Of a stretch of DNA of 32,000 bases, positions 10,473-18,569 are shown piece after piece. This DNA comes from Clostridiales bacterium (GTDB lineage: Bacteria > Bacillota > Clostridia > Clostridiales > Clostridiaceae). The stretch is taken from the NCBI GenBank assembly GCA_017889345.1, contig JAGHEJ010000054.1, forward strand, positions 33,590-65,589, written 5' to 3'. Made by a program: the position numbers and the translations under genes. Within the stretch, counting starts at the first letter, position 1. Each line of letters opens with the position of its first letter. A model generated the notes under the pieces. The model saw nothing but the letters and a program-made list of their open reading frames with translations. It was not told the origin of the DNA and searched no databases.

Positions 10473-11880
10473 GGGATTAAAGTTAGTGTTTTCAATATTT
10501 TCTCTTCTATTTTTTATAGTAATATCTTCCCTTGTATACTTTCTTGTATTTAAATCTGATTATTATGCAAATCATGAATTAAACAGAAGAGTTTTTGAAG
10601 ATAGAAATAAATACATAAGAGGGAGCATTTTAGATAGAAATGGGGAAGTTCTTTCCTATACTCAAAAAGAGGATAAAATTCAAAAGAGAATTTATAACTA
10701 TGGGGAAGTTTTTTTTCATCCCCTTGGATATTTTCATGATAGATATGGAATGAGTGGAATTGAAAATTATATGGATGAGTATTTAAGAGAACCTCAAGGA
10801 ATACTTTCAAGAGTTAAAAATTTTTTCACAAGCAAAGAGGAAATTTATGGAAATGATATAAAGTTAACTTTAAATAAAGATATTCAGCTTTATGCTTATG
10901 ACATTTTAGGAGATAATAAGGGAGCTGTTGTTGTTATGAATCCAAACACAGGAGAAATATATTCCTTAGTTAGTAAACCATCTTTTAACCCTAATTACAT
11001 AAATGAAACTTGGGAAAATGTAGTTAATGATAAAAATGCTCCACTTTATAATAGGGCATTAAATGGAAAATATCCACCAGGATCAACTTTTAAAGTTATA
11101 ACACTAGTTTCAGCTATTGAAAATTTAAAGGGAATTTTATCTAGAAAATTTAAGGATGATGGATTTATTTCCTTTAATGAAAATGAAAGACTTTATAATC
11201 AAAATCAAAAAGTTCATGGGGAAATTAGTTTAAGGGAAGCTTTTGTTAAATCAAGTAATGTTGTATTTGGAAATCTTTCTTTAGAAATGGGAAATTCTCT
11301 TTTAAAAGATTACGCAGAGAGATTTTATTTTAATAAGGATTTATATTTAAAAGGAGGAAGTGTTTCTAAAAGTTATTTTCCATCATTAGACAAAAATGAA
11401 GTTGGACTTATTGCTCAAAGTGGAATTGGTCAAGGAGCTATTTTATCAACTCCACTTGAAATGTGTATGGTTTCAAGTAGCGTTGCAAATGGAGGAGTTT
11501 TAAAAAGACCTTATATGATAAGTGAAATTCTAAACAATGAAGATTATATTTTAAAGAAGAACAAACCTAGAACTTTACACAGAGTCATGAAAAAATCTAC
11601 AGCTAATATTTTAAAAGAGTATATGAGAGATGTTGTAACAACAAATCTTTCTCACATAAGTGAACTTAGTGAAATAAAAGCAGCAGGAAAAACAGGAACG
11701 GCGGATTATAAAAAAGATGGAGTAGATGGGATTCCTCACTCTTGGTTTATAGGATTTGCACCATACGATAATCCAAAAGTTAGTATATCAGTAATAGTTG
11801 AAGAAGGTGGGGACGGAAGTAAAATTGCATCGGAGCTTTCAGGGAAAATTATGAAGAAGAGTCTTGAAGTTTTAAAGTAG
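10465..11880 (+). CDS. Class B penicillin-binding protein (PBP2-type transpeptidase)
   Basis: N-terminal anchor, then the transpeptidase motifs STFK (PGSTFKVITL), SSN (KSSNVVF) and KTGT (GKTGTA). Confidence 0.92.
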   Translation: MNKGLKLVFSIFSLLFFIVISSLVYFLVFKSDYYANHELNRRVFEDRNKYIRGSILDRNGEVLSYTQKEDKIQKRIYNYGEVFFHPLGYFHDRYGMSGIENYMDEYLREPQGILSRVKNFFTSKEEIYGNDIKLTLNKDIQLYAYDILGDNKGAVVVMNPNTGEIYSLVSKPSFNPNYINETWENVVNDKNAPLYNRALNGKYPPGSTFKVITLVSAIENLKGILSRKFKDDGFISFNENERLYNQNQKVHGEISLREAFVKSSNVVFGNLSLEMGNSLLKDYAERFYFNKDLYLKGGSVSKSYFPSLDKNEVGLIAQSGIGQGAILSTPLEMCMVSSSVANGGVLKRPYMISEILNNEDYILKKNKPRTLHRVMKKSTANILKEYMRDVVTTNLSHISELSEIKAAGKTGTADYKKDGVDGIPHSWFIGFAPYDNPKVSISVIVEEGGDGSKIASELSGKIMKKSLEVLK

Positions 11881-11887
11881 GTGTTTT

Positions 11888-13765
11888 ATGTTTGATATAA
11901 AGTATAATATAAGTATTCTTCCAGAATCTCCTGGAGTTTACTTAATGAAAGATGAAAAGTTAGAGATTATATATGTAGGTAAGGCGAAAAATTTAAAGAA
12001 AAGAGTTTCTCAATATTTTCAAAGTTATAGAAATCACTCAGAAAAAACAAGATCTTTAGTAAGTCACATTAAAGAATTTGAATTTATAGCAACAGAGAAT
12101 GAAATAGAAGCGTTAATTCTTGAAAATAATCTTATAAAAAAATACAATCCAAGATATAACATACTTCTTAAAGATGATAAGACATATCCTTTTATAAAGA
12201 TAACAGTTAATGAAGATTTTCCTAGAATTTTTTTAACTAGGAATTATATAAAGGATGGAAATTTATATTTTGGTCCATTTACATTAAGTAGTGCAGCTAG
12301 TGAAATAGTTGAGCTTATTAAAAATATTTTTCCTATCAGAAATTGTAAAATATATATCAAAGAGGGGAGCATTGCTTGTAGACCGTGTATGTATTACCAA
12401 ATAAAAAAATGCAATGCTCCTTGTTTTTGTCTTGTATCTAAAAAAGAATACACAAATATAATAAATCAAGTTATAAAAATTTTATCTGGTGAAAACAAAG
12501 AGGAATTTATTTCTTCTTTGGAAAAAGAGATGATGAATTACTCAGACAATTATGAGTATGAAAAGGCAATAGATATAAGAGATAAAATAAATAATATTAA
12601 AATTATTTTTGAGAAGCAGAGAATATTTTTGGGAGATGATGGAGCAGAAGATTTTATAAATATTTTTAGATATGAAAAAGAAGCGTGCGTTCAAGTATTT
12701 TTTTTAAGAGATGGAAAAATTATTGGAAGAGATCATTTTATAATTGAAAATGTAAAAGATGAAGAGAATGAAAAAATAATAGAGAGATTTATTAAGGGAT
12801 TTTATGGAGGAACTGCTCAAATTCCTAAAACAATATATTCTCCAGAATTTTCTGATAGGGAAAACATAATAAATTGGATTAATGAAACTAATGGGAAAAA
12901 AGTTGAGTTTAAAACTCCTAAGAAGGGGGATAAAAAAGAAATTTTTGATCTTGTAGGTAAAAATGCAAGAATGACCTTAGATAGATTTAAGGTTAATGAG
13001 GATTCTAAGAATAAACAAAAAGATAGAAGTTATCTTAAAGATTTAGCAAGTGTTCTTAGTATTTCTTTAGAGTTAGAAAGAATAGAAGCTTATGATATTT
13101 CAAATATAAGTGGACTTGATTCAGTTGGAAGCATGGTTGTATTTAAAGATGGAGTTCCTCAAAATACTCAGTATAGAAGATTTAAGGTTAAAACCGTTAA
13201 GGGAGCAAACGATTATGATAGCATGAGAGAAATTATATATAGAAGGTTTAATCGTGGTCTTAAGGAAGTTGAAGAATTAAAAGAGGGAAAACTTGAGTTT
13301 ACTAAGGGAAAGTTTTGCATTTTTCCTGACCTTATTTTAGTTGATGGTGGACGTGGACATGTTAATGTAGTTTCTGAAGTTTTAAAATATATGAAAATTA
13401 ATATACCAGTTTGTGGAATGGTTAAAGATGATAAACATAGAACAAGAGGACTTATTTATAAAAATGAAGAAATTTATTTAAGTAAGGATTCTAGTGTTAT
13501 GAAGTTTATAACAAGGGTTCAAGATGAGGTTCATAGATACGCAATAACTTATCATAGAACTCTTAGAGATAAAAGAGGACTTGGATCTATTTTAAATGAA
13601 ATACCTAATATTGGAGAAAAGAGAAGAAGAGATCTTTTAATTCATTTTAAGGATGTAGAATCTATAAAAAAAGCTTCGTTAGAAGATTTACTAAAAGTTT
13701 CCAGTATGGATAAGAGAGCAAGCTTATCTCTTATAGAATTTTTTAAGAAGAATAATAACAAGTAA
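11888..13765 (+). CDS. uvrC: Excinuclease ABC subunit C
   Basis: GIY-YIG N-terminus (PGVYLMKD...IYVGKAKNLKKRVSQY), UVR domain (YEYEKAIDIRDKINNIK), an endonuclease V-like region and a C-terminal HhH (IPNIGEKRRRDLL). Confidence 0.96.
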   Translation: MFDIKYNISILPESPGVYLMKDEKLEIIYVGKAKNLKKRVSQYFQSYRNHSEKTRSLVSHIKEFEFIATENEIEALILENNLIKKYNPRYNILLKDDKTYPFIKITVNEDFPRIFLTRNYIKDGNLYFGPFTLSSAASEIVELIKNIFPIRNCKIYIKEGSIACRPCMYYQIKKCNAPCFCLVSKKEYTNIINQVIKILSGENKEEFISSLEKEMMNYSDNYEYEKAIDIRDKINNIKIIFEKQRIFLGDDGAEDFINIFRYEKEACVQVFFLRDGKIIGRDHFIIENVKDEENEKIIERFIKGFYGGTAQIPKTIYSPEFSDRENIINWINETNGKKVEFKTPKKGDKKEIFDLVGKNARMTLDRFKVNEDSKNKQKDRSYLKDLASVLSISLELERIEAYDISNISGLDSVGSMVVFKDGVPQNTQYRRFKVKTVKGANDYDSMREIIYRRFNRGLKEVEELKEGKLEFTKGKFCIFPDLILVDGGRGHVNVVSEVLKYMKINIPVCGMVKDDKHRTRGLIYKNEEIYLSKDSSVMKFITRVQDEVHRYAITYHRTLRDKRGLGSILNEIPNIGEKRRRDLLIHFKDVESIKKASLEDLLKVSSMDKRASLSLIEFFKKNNNK

Positions 13766-13784
13766 TTTTTGGAGGGAAGGTTTC

Positions 13785-14714
13785 ATGGATAATAGCTATA
13801 AGGAATTATTACTTGAATTAGGAAAAGTGTTAAAAAGTGAAAACATTAAATTAAATGAAGAAATGAAAAATTATACTACATTTAAAGTAGGTGGTCCTTG
13901 TGATATTATGATTTTTCCAACAAATGAAGAGGAGTTTATAAATTCTATAAAGGAAATTTTAAAAAGTAAGGTTCCTTATTTTATATTAGGTCTTGGATCA
14001 AATCTTTTAGTTAAAGATGGTGGAATAAGAGGAGTAGTTGTAAATATTACTAAGTTTAATGAAATTAAAGTTAAAGGGAATGTTTTAAAAGCTAAATGTG
14101 GTGCTAAATTAAAAGATGTATCAAATATAGCTTATGAAAATTCTTTAGAGGGAATGTGTTTTGCTTGTGGAATTCCTGGAACAATTGGAGGAGCTATTAC
14201 TATGAACGCTGGAGCTTATGGAGGAGAAATAAGTGAGGTTATAAAAAGTGTAAGGGTAATAGATAAAGAAGGAAATGTTTTAACCATAAATAAAGATGAA
14301 ATGGAATTTGGATATAGAAGTACAATCGTTATGAAAAAAGGGTATATGGTAATTGATTGTGAGCTTCAATTAGAATTTGGGGATAAGGAAAAAATTAAAG
14401 AGAAGATAGATGATTTAACATTAAAAAGAGAAACAAAACAACCTCTTGAATGTGCATCAGCAGGAAGTACATTTAAAAGACCAGAAGGATATTTTGTAGG
14501 AAAACTTATAGAAGATTTAGGGCTTAGAGGTTATACTCACAAAAATGCTATGATATCAGAAAAACATTGTGGATTTGTAATTAATAAATCAAATGCAACG
14601 GCAGAAGAAATATTGGAATTAATAGATATTATAAAGAAAAAAGTGTATGATAAATTCAAAGTACAACTAGAACTTGAAGTTAGAGTTATAGGAGAAGATA
14701 AAAGGGAGATTTAA
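13785..14714 (+). CDS. murB: UDP-N-acetylenolpyruvoylglucosamine reductase
   Basis: FAD-binding motifs TFKVGGP and LGLGSNLLV, with GSTFKRP in the C-terminal domain. Length is 309 aa. Confidence 0.94.
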   Translation: MDNSYKELLLELGKVLKSENIKLNEEMKNYTTFKVGGPCDIMIFPTNEEEFINSIKEILKSKVPYFILGLGSNLLVKDGGIRGVVVNITKFNEIKVKGNVLKAKCGAKLKDVSNIAYENSLEGMCFACGIPGTIGGAITMNAGAYGGEISEVIKSVRVIDKEGNVLTINKDEMEFGYRSTIVMKKGYMVIDCELQLEFGDKEKIKEKIDDLTLKRETKQPLECASAGSTFKRPEGYFVGKLIEDLGLRGYTHKNAMISEKHCGFVINKSNATAEEILELIDIIKKKVYDKFKVQLELEVRVIGEDKREI

Positions 14715-14717
14715 ATT

Positions 14718-15581
14718 ATGGAATTTGTAATAGTAACAGGTCTTTCTGGAGCTGGAAAAACTCAAGTAATAAGGGAAATAGAAGATTTAGGATATTTTTG
14801 TGTTGATAATATGCCTCCTCAATTTATACAAAAGTTTGGAGAGATTTGTAAACAAACAAATGGAAACGTTGAGAAAATAGCATTTGTTATAGATATAAGA
14901 GGAAGAGAATTTTTCGATCATATAGATGACATTTTAGAGTGGTTTAACAATAACTCAATAAATTACAAAATATTATTTTTAGATTGTTCAAATGAGGTAT
15001 TAATTAGAAGGTTTAAAGAAACAAGAAGATTACATCCATTAAGTTATGATGGAAAAATTTTAAATGGAATTGTTAAAGAGAGAAAGAAATTAGAATTTTT
15101 AAAAAATAAAGCAAATTTAATTATAGATACATCAAATTTAAAAGTTAGAGAGTTAAAAGATAAGATAAGGCAATTTATGCTTGGAGAAAGTGTAAATGAT
15201 GATTTTATAGTGGAAGTAATTTCATTTGGATATAAATTTGGAATACCTCTTGAGTGCGATCTAACTTTTGATGTTAGATTTATTGAAAATCCATTTTATG
15301 TATCTAGTTTAAAAGAGTTTTCTGGATTAAACGAAAATGTTAGGGATTTTGTATTAACAAAAAACGAATCTAAAATATTTTTAGATAAGGTTTGTGATTT
15401 AATAGATTTTCTTTTGCCTAATTATATAAAAGAAGGAAGAAAAGAGCTCGTAATAGGTATAGGATGTACTGGAGGAAAACATAGATCAGTTGCAATATCT
15501 GAGGAGATTTATAGAAGACTTCATAAATATGAAAAATATAAGTTAGTAATAGAACATAGAGATTTAAATAAGAATTTGTAG
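14718..15581 (+). CDS. rapZ: RNase adapter / nucleotide-binding protein RapZ (YvcJ)
   Basis: Walker A GLSGAGKT, the DNMP motif (CVDNMPP) and the C-terminal GCTGGKHRSV motif. Conserved rapZ-yvcK-whiA order. Confidence 0.94.
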   Translation: MEFVIVTGLSGAGKTQVIREIEDLGYFCVDNMPPQFIQKFGEICKQTNGNVEKIAFVIDIRGREFFDHIDDILEWFNNNSINYKILFLDCSNEVLIRRFKETRRLHPLSYDGKILNGIVKERKKLEFLKNKANLIIDTSNLKVRELKDKIRQFMLGESVNDDFIVEVISFGYKFGIPLECDLTFDVRFIENPFYVSSLKEFSGLNENVRDFVLTKNESKIFLDKVCDLIDFLLPNYIKEGRKELVIGIGCTGGKHRSVAISEEIYRRLHKYEKYKLVIEHRDLNKNL

Positions 15582-15607
15582 TAATATTTTTGTTTAGGAG
15601 ATTTAGA

Positions 15608-16591
15608 GTGAATATATTTAAAGAATTTAAAAAAAATCCTAAGGTAGTTGTTATAGGTGGAGGAACAGGAATTTCTAATATTTTAAGAGGACTTAAAAAA
15701 ATAATAAATGATGTTGTAGCTATTGTAACTGTTGCAGATGATGGGGGAGGATCGGGTATGCTTAGAGATGAACTTGGAATACTTCCTCCTGGAGATATAA
15801 GAAACTGTTTAATAGCTCTAGCTAACACTGAACCTATAATGAAACAATTATTGAGATATAGATTTACTGAAGGAAATTTAAAAAACCAAAATTTTGGAAA
15901 TTTATTTATAGCAGCTATGATTGGAATTACTTCAAATTTTGAGGAAGCTATTAAAAAAGTAAGTGAAGTGTTAGCGATAACAGGAAAAGTTTTACCAGTT
16001 ACATCAGAAAATATCATTTTAAGGGCAAAACTTTCAAATGGAATGGTAATTGAGGGAGAGTCTAAAATACCTAAAGAAGTTATTAAATATAATACAAAAA
16101 TTGAAGAATTATCTATATACCCAGAAAATGTAGAATCAACAAAAGATTGTATAGATGAAATTTTAAATGCAGATGTTATAATTCTTGGACCTGGTAGTCT
16201 TTATACAAGTATCATTCCAAATTTAAAGATAAAGAGCGTTTGTGAAGCCATAAATAAAAGCAAAGGTATTAAAGTTTATATATCAAACATAATGACTCAA
16301 CCTGGAGAAACAGACGATTATACTTTATATGATCATGTATATAATTTATTTAAAAATACAAATCTTTTAAAGTTAGACTATGTTATAGCAAATGATAGAA
16401 TGCTTAATAATATTGATATTAAAAATTATGAATATCAGAATTCAAAGCAAGTTATATGTGATTATGATAGACTATTAGATATTGATGTAACTATAATTAA
16501 AGAGGATCTTATTAAATTTAAAGAGGATTTTATAAGGCATAATGAAGATAAACTTTCAAAAATTATTATAGATATTATTAATATGAATTAA
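15608..16591 (+). CDS. yvcK: YvcK family gluconeogenesis/cell-shape factor (CofD-like, UDP-sugar binding)
   Basis: VVIGGGTG N-terminal motif and GPGSLYTSIIPNL motif. I chose the GTG start at 15608 (AGGAG SD 7 nt upstream) over the TTG at 15590. Confidence 0.92.
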   Translation: MNIFKEFKKNPKVVVIGGGTGISNILRGLKKIINDVVAIVTVADDGGGSGMLRDELGILPPGDIRNCLIALANTEPIMKQLLRYRFTEGNLKNQNFGNLFIAAMIGITSNFEEAIKKVSEVLAITGKVLPVTSENIILRAKLSNGMVIEGESKIPKEVIKYNTKIEELSIYPENVESTKDCIDEILNADVIILGPGSLYTSIIPNLKIKSVCEAINKSKGIKVYISNIMTQPGETDDYTLYDHVYNLFKNTNLLKLDYVIANDRMLNNIDIKNYEYQNSKQVICDYDRLLDIDVTIIKEDLIKFKEDFIRHNEDKLSKIIIDIINMN

Positions 16592-16604
16592 TTAGGTGAT
16601 TTTA

Positions 16605-17537
16605 ATGACGTTTTCTTTTAGTGTGAAAAATGAGCTTTGTATAAATTTTCCCACGAACTATGAAAAGGCACTAAGTGAAATTATAGGTATTATGAGAGTA
16701 ATGGGAACATTTGTTATAAGTGAAGGAAATAATATTACCTTTAAAATTTCTAGTGAGAACAAAAATATTATAAAATACGTAGAAAACATTCTTTCTACAT
16801 ATTTTAGTGTTAAATTTGTTTTAGATATAAATAAGAATGAGTATTTTTCTAGAACAAACAATTATATTTTGAAAATAAATGGTAAAGATATAGAGGTATT
16901 TTTAGAAACTCTAGGTATTTTTAGTTTTAAAAATAATAGTGTGGATATAATTGATAAGTTTAAGGAAAATATTATTGATAGAAATTTTATAAAGGGAGTA
17001 TTTTTAGGGTGCGGAAGCATGAGTAATCCAGAAAGTGGATATCATTTAGAGTTTATTATGCAAAATGTAGAGTTTGGTATGTATTTTATGGAGTTACTTA
17101 ATAAATATAATTTAAATAGTAAGATAATTAAACGAAAGTTTTATCATGTAGTGTACATTAAAGATGCTGAAAACATATCAAAATTTTTAAATATAACTGG
17201 TGCACATAACGCATTATTGGAATTTGAAAATATTAGAGTAAGTAAAGAGTATAGTAATAATAAAAATAGAATTAAAAATTGTATTGAGGCAAATGAAGAC
17301 AAGCTTATAATAACTTCTGTTAGACAAGTTAGGGCGATTATGGTTATTGAAGAGAAGATAGGTTTAAAAAATCTCCCTAAAAATTTAAGAGAAATCGCAG
17401 AAATTAGACTTAAATATAAAGAAATGCCTCTAAAAGAATTAGGGGCTTTTTTAAAGCCTCCAATTGGAAAATCTGGAGTATCACATAGACTTAGAAAAAT
17501 AGAGAAAATTGCAAAAGAGCTTGAAGATGATAGTTAG
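16605..17537 (+). CDS. whiA: DNA-binding sporulation/cell-division regulator WhiA
   Basis: N-terminus MTFSFSVKNEL, a degenerate LAGLIDADG-like middle domain (FIKGVFLGCGSMSNPE) and a C-terminal HTH (SGVSHRLRKIEKIA). I chose the ATG at 16605 (AGGTGA SD) over the GTG at 16596. Confidence 0.93.
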   Translation: MTFSFSVKNELCINFPTNYEKALSEIIGIMRVMGTFVISEGNNITFKISSENKNIIKYVENILSTYFSVKFVLDINKNEYFSRTNNYILKINGKDIEVFLETLGIFSFKNNSVDIIDKFKENIIDRNFIKGVFLGCGSMSNPESGYHLEFIMQNVEFGMYFMELLNKYNLNSKIIKRKFYHVVYIKDAENISKFLNITGAHNALLEFENIRVSKEYSNNKNRIKNCIEANEDKLIITSVRQVRAIMVIEEKIGLKNLPKNLREIAEIRLKYKEMPLKELGAFLKPPIGKSGVSHRLRKIEKIAKELEDDS

Positions 17538-17563
17538 AGTTTAAAATGTTAGGAGAGATATTT

Positions 17564-18460
17564 ATGGAGTTAGTTAATGTTTTGGAAATCAATTATAAAA
17601 ATTACGGAAAATGTTTAAAGGTGACAAATAATATAGTTGAAATTATTGTAACGATTGAGTACGGACCTAGAATCATAAAATATGGATATGTAAATGGTAA
17701 AAATCATTTTGCAGAAGGAGTAAAAAACAAAATTTCTACGTTACATGGAGATTATTACATAATAGGAGGACATAGATTTTGGCATATTCCAGAAAATAAA
17801 GATAGAACATATATACCAGATAATAAACCTGTTGAGTATGAATCTATGTTTAATGGAGTTAGATTAATACAAAAAATAGAGAAGTGGACTCAAGTTCAAA
17901 AAATTATTGAAATAACTTTTGAGGAAAATTCTCCTAAAGTTAAAATATTACATAAAATAATTTCTCTAAATGCTTTTGATATTAACATAGCTATTGCTGG
18001 AATTACTTCTATGGATAAAGGGGGAATACAAATAGTACCTATTGAAAAGAGAAAAGAAGGTACTGTTCCTAATAGATCAATTGTATTTTGGCCTTACTCA
18101 AACATAAAAGATCCTAGAGTTTATTTTGGAGAAAAATATGTGGCTATGAAGGTTTGTGAGAATACTGTTGAAAATTTTAAAATGGGATTTAATACAAATA
18201 TTAGTTATGCTCTTTATTATAATGAAAATGAATTGTTTATTAAAGAATTTGAAAAAATACAAGATAAAAATTTAAATTACCCAGATATGGGTTGTAGTTA
18301 TGAATCTTTTATTGGAAATGATTATATAGAAATGCAAACAAATTCTCCAATTTATGTTCTTGAAACAAATAAATGTATAGAACACGTTGAAATTTGGAAT
18401 CTATATAAAGATGTTAATCTTGATTTTATAGAAACTTTTATAGATAGTTATAAAGCTTAA
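17564..18460 (+). CDS. Uncharacterised soluble protein (298 aa); weak by-eye resemblance to mutarotase-like / DUF4380-type beta-sandwich proteins
   Basis: Start at the ATG 17564 (AGGAGAG SD). No TM helix or signal peptide. The motifs YGPRI and GGHRFWHIPE remind me of aldose-epimerase-superfamily DUFs, but I cannot verify this. A perfect 30-nt palindromic terminator follows. Confidence 0.75.
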   Translation: MELVNVLEINYKNYGKCLKVTNNIVEIIVTIEYGPRIIKYGYVNGKNHFAEGVKNKISTLHGDYYIIGGHRFWHIPENKDRTYIPDNKPVEYESMFNGVRLIQKIEKWTQVQKIIEITFEENSPKVKILHKIISLNAFDINIAIAGITSMDKGGIQIVPIEKRKEGTVPNRSIVFWPYSNIKDPRVYFGEKYVAMKVCENTVENFKMGFNTNISYALYYNENELFIKEFEKIQDKNLNYPDMGCSYESFIGNDYIEMQTNSPIYVLETNKCIEHVEIWNLYKDVNLDFIETFIDSYKA

Positions 18461-18470
18461 TTTAATTATT

Positions 18471-18502
18471 AAAAACCTCCATAAATTTATGGAGGTTTTT
18501 TT
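18471..18502 (+). terminator. Rho-independent terminator
   Basis: AAAAACCTCCATAAA/TTTATGGAGGTTTTT is a perfect 30-nt palindrome (18471-18500) followed by further T residues. It is the first recognisable terminator downstream of ftsE. Confidence 0.85.
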
Positions 18503-18569
18503 GTATCAAAGATTATAAATTTTCATAACATAAAATAATTAATAAATTAAAATTTAATAAAGGAGTTAT

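Noticed and set aside
15418-16017. 199-aa minus-strand ORF, the longest antisense ORF in the track
   Set aside because: It lies entirely antisense to the rapZ 3' end and yvcK, both of which have unambiguous family motifs on the plus strand. Its translation is I/F/L/S/P-rich low-complexity sequence with no SD. This is a typical shadow ORF of a strongly coding opposite strand.
18501-18532. TTGTAT-17 nt-CATAACATA upstream of asnB, which resembles sporulation sigma (SigE/SigK-type CATA...TA) -10 elements and brings to mind B. subtilis asnO
   Set aside because: The match is short and degenerate in DNA this AT-rich, and I cannot assess the -35. It is not strong enough to call a sporulation promoter without TSS data or motif statistics.
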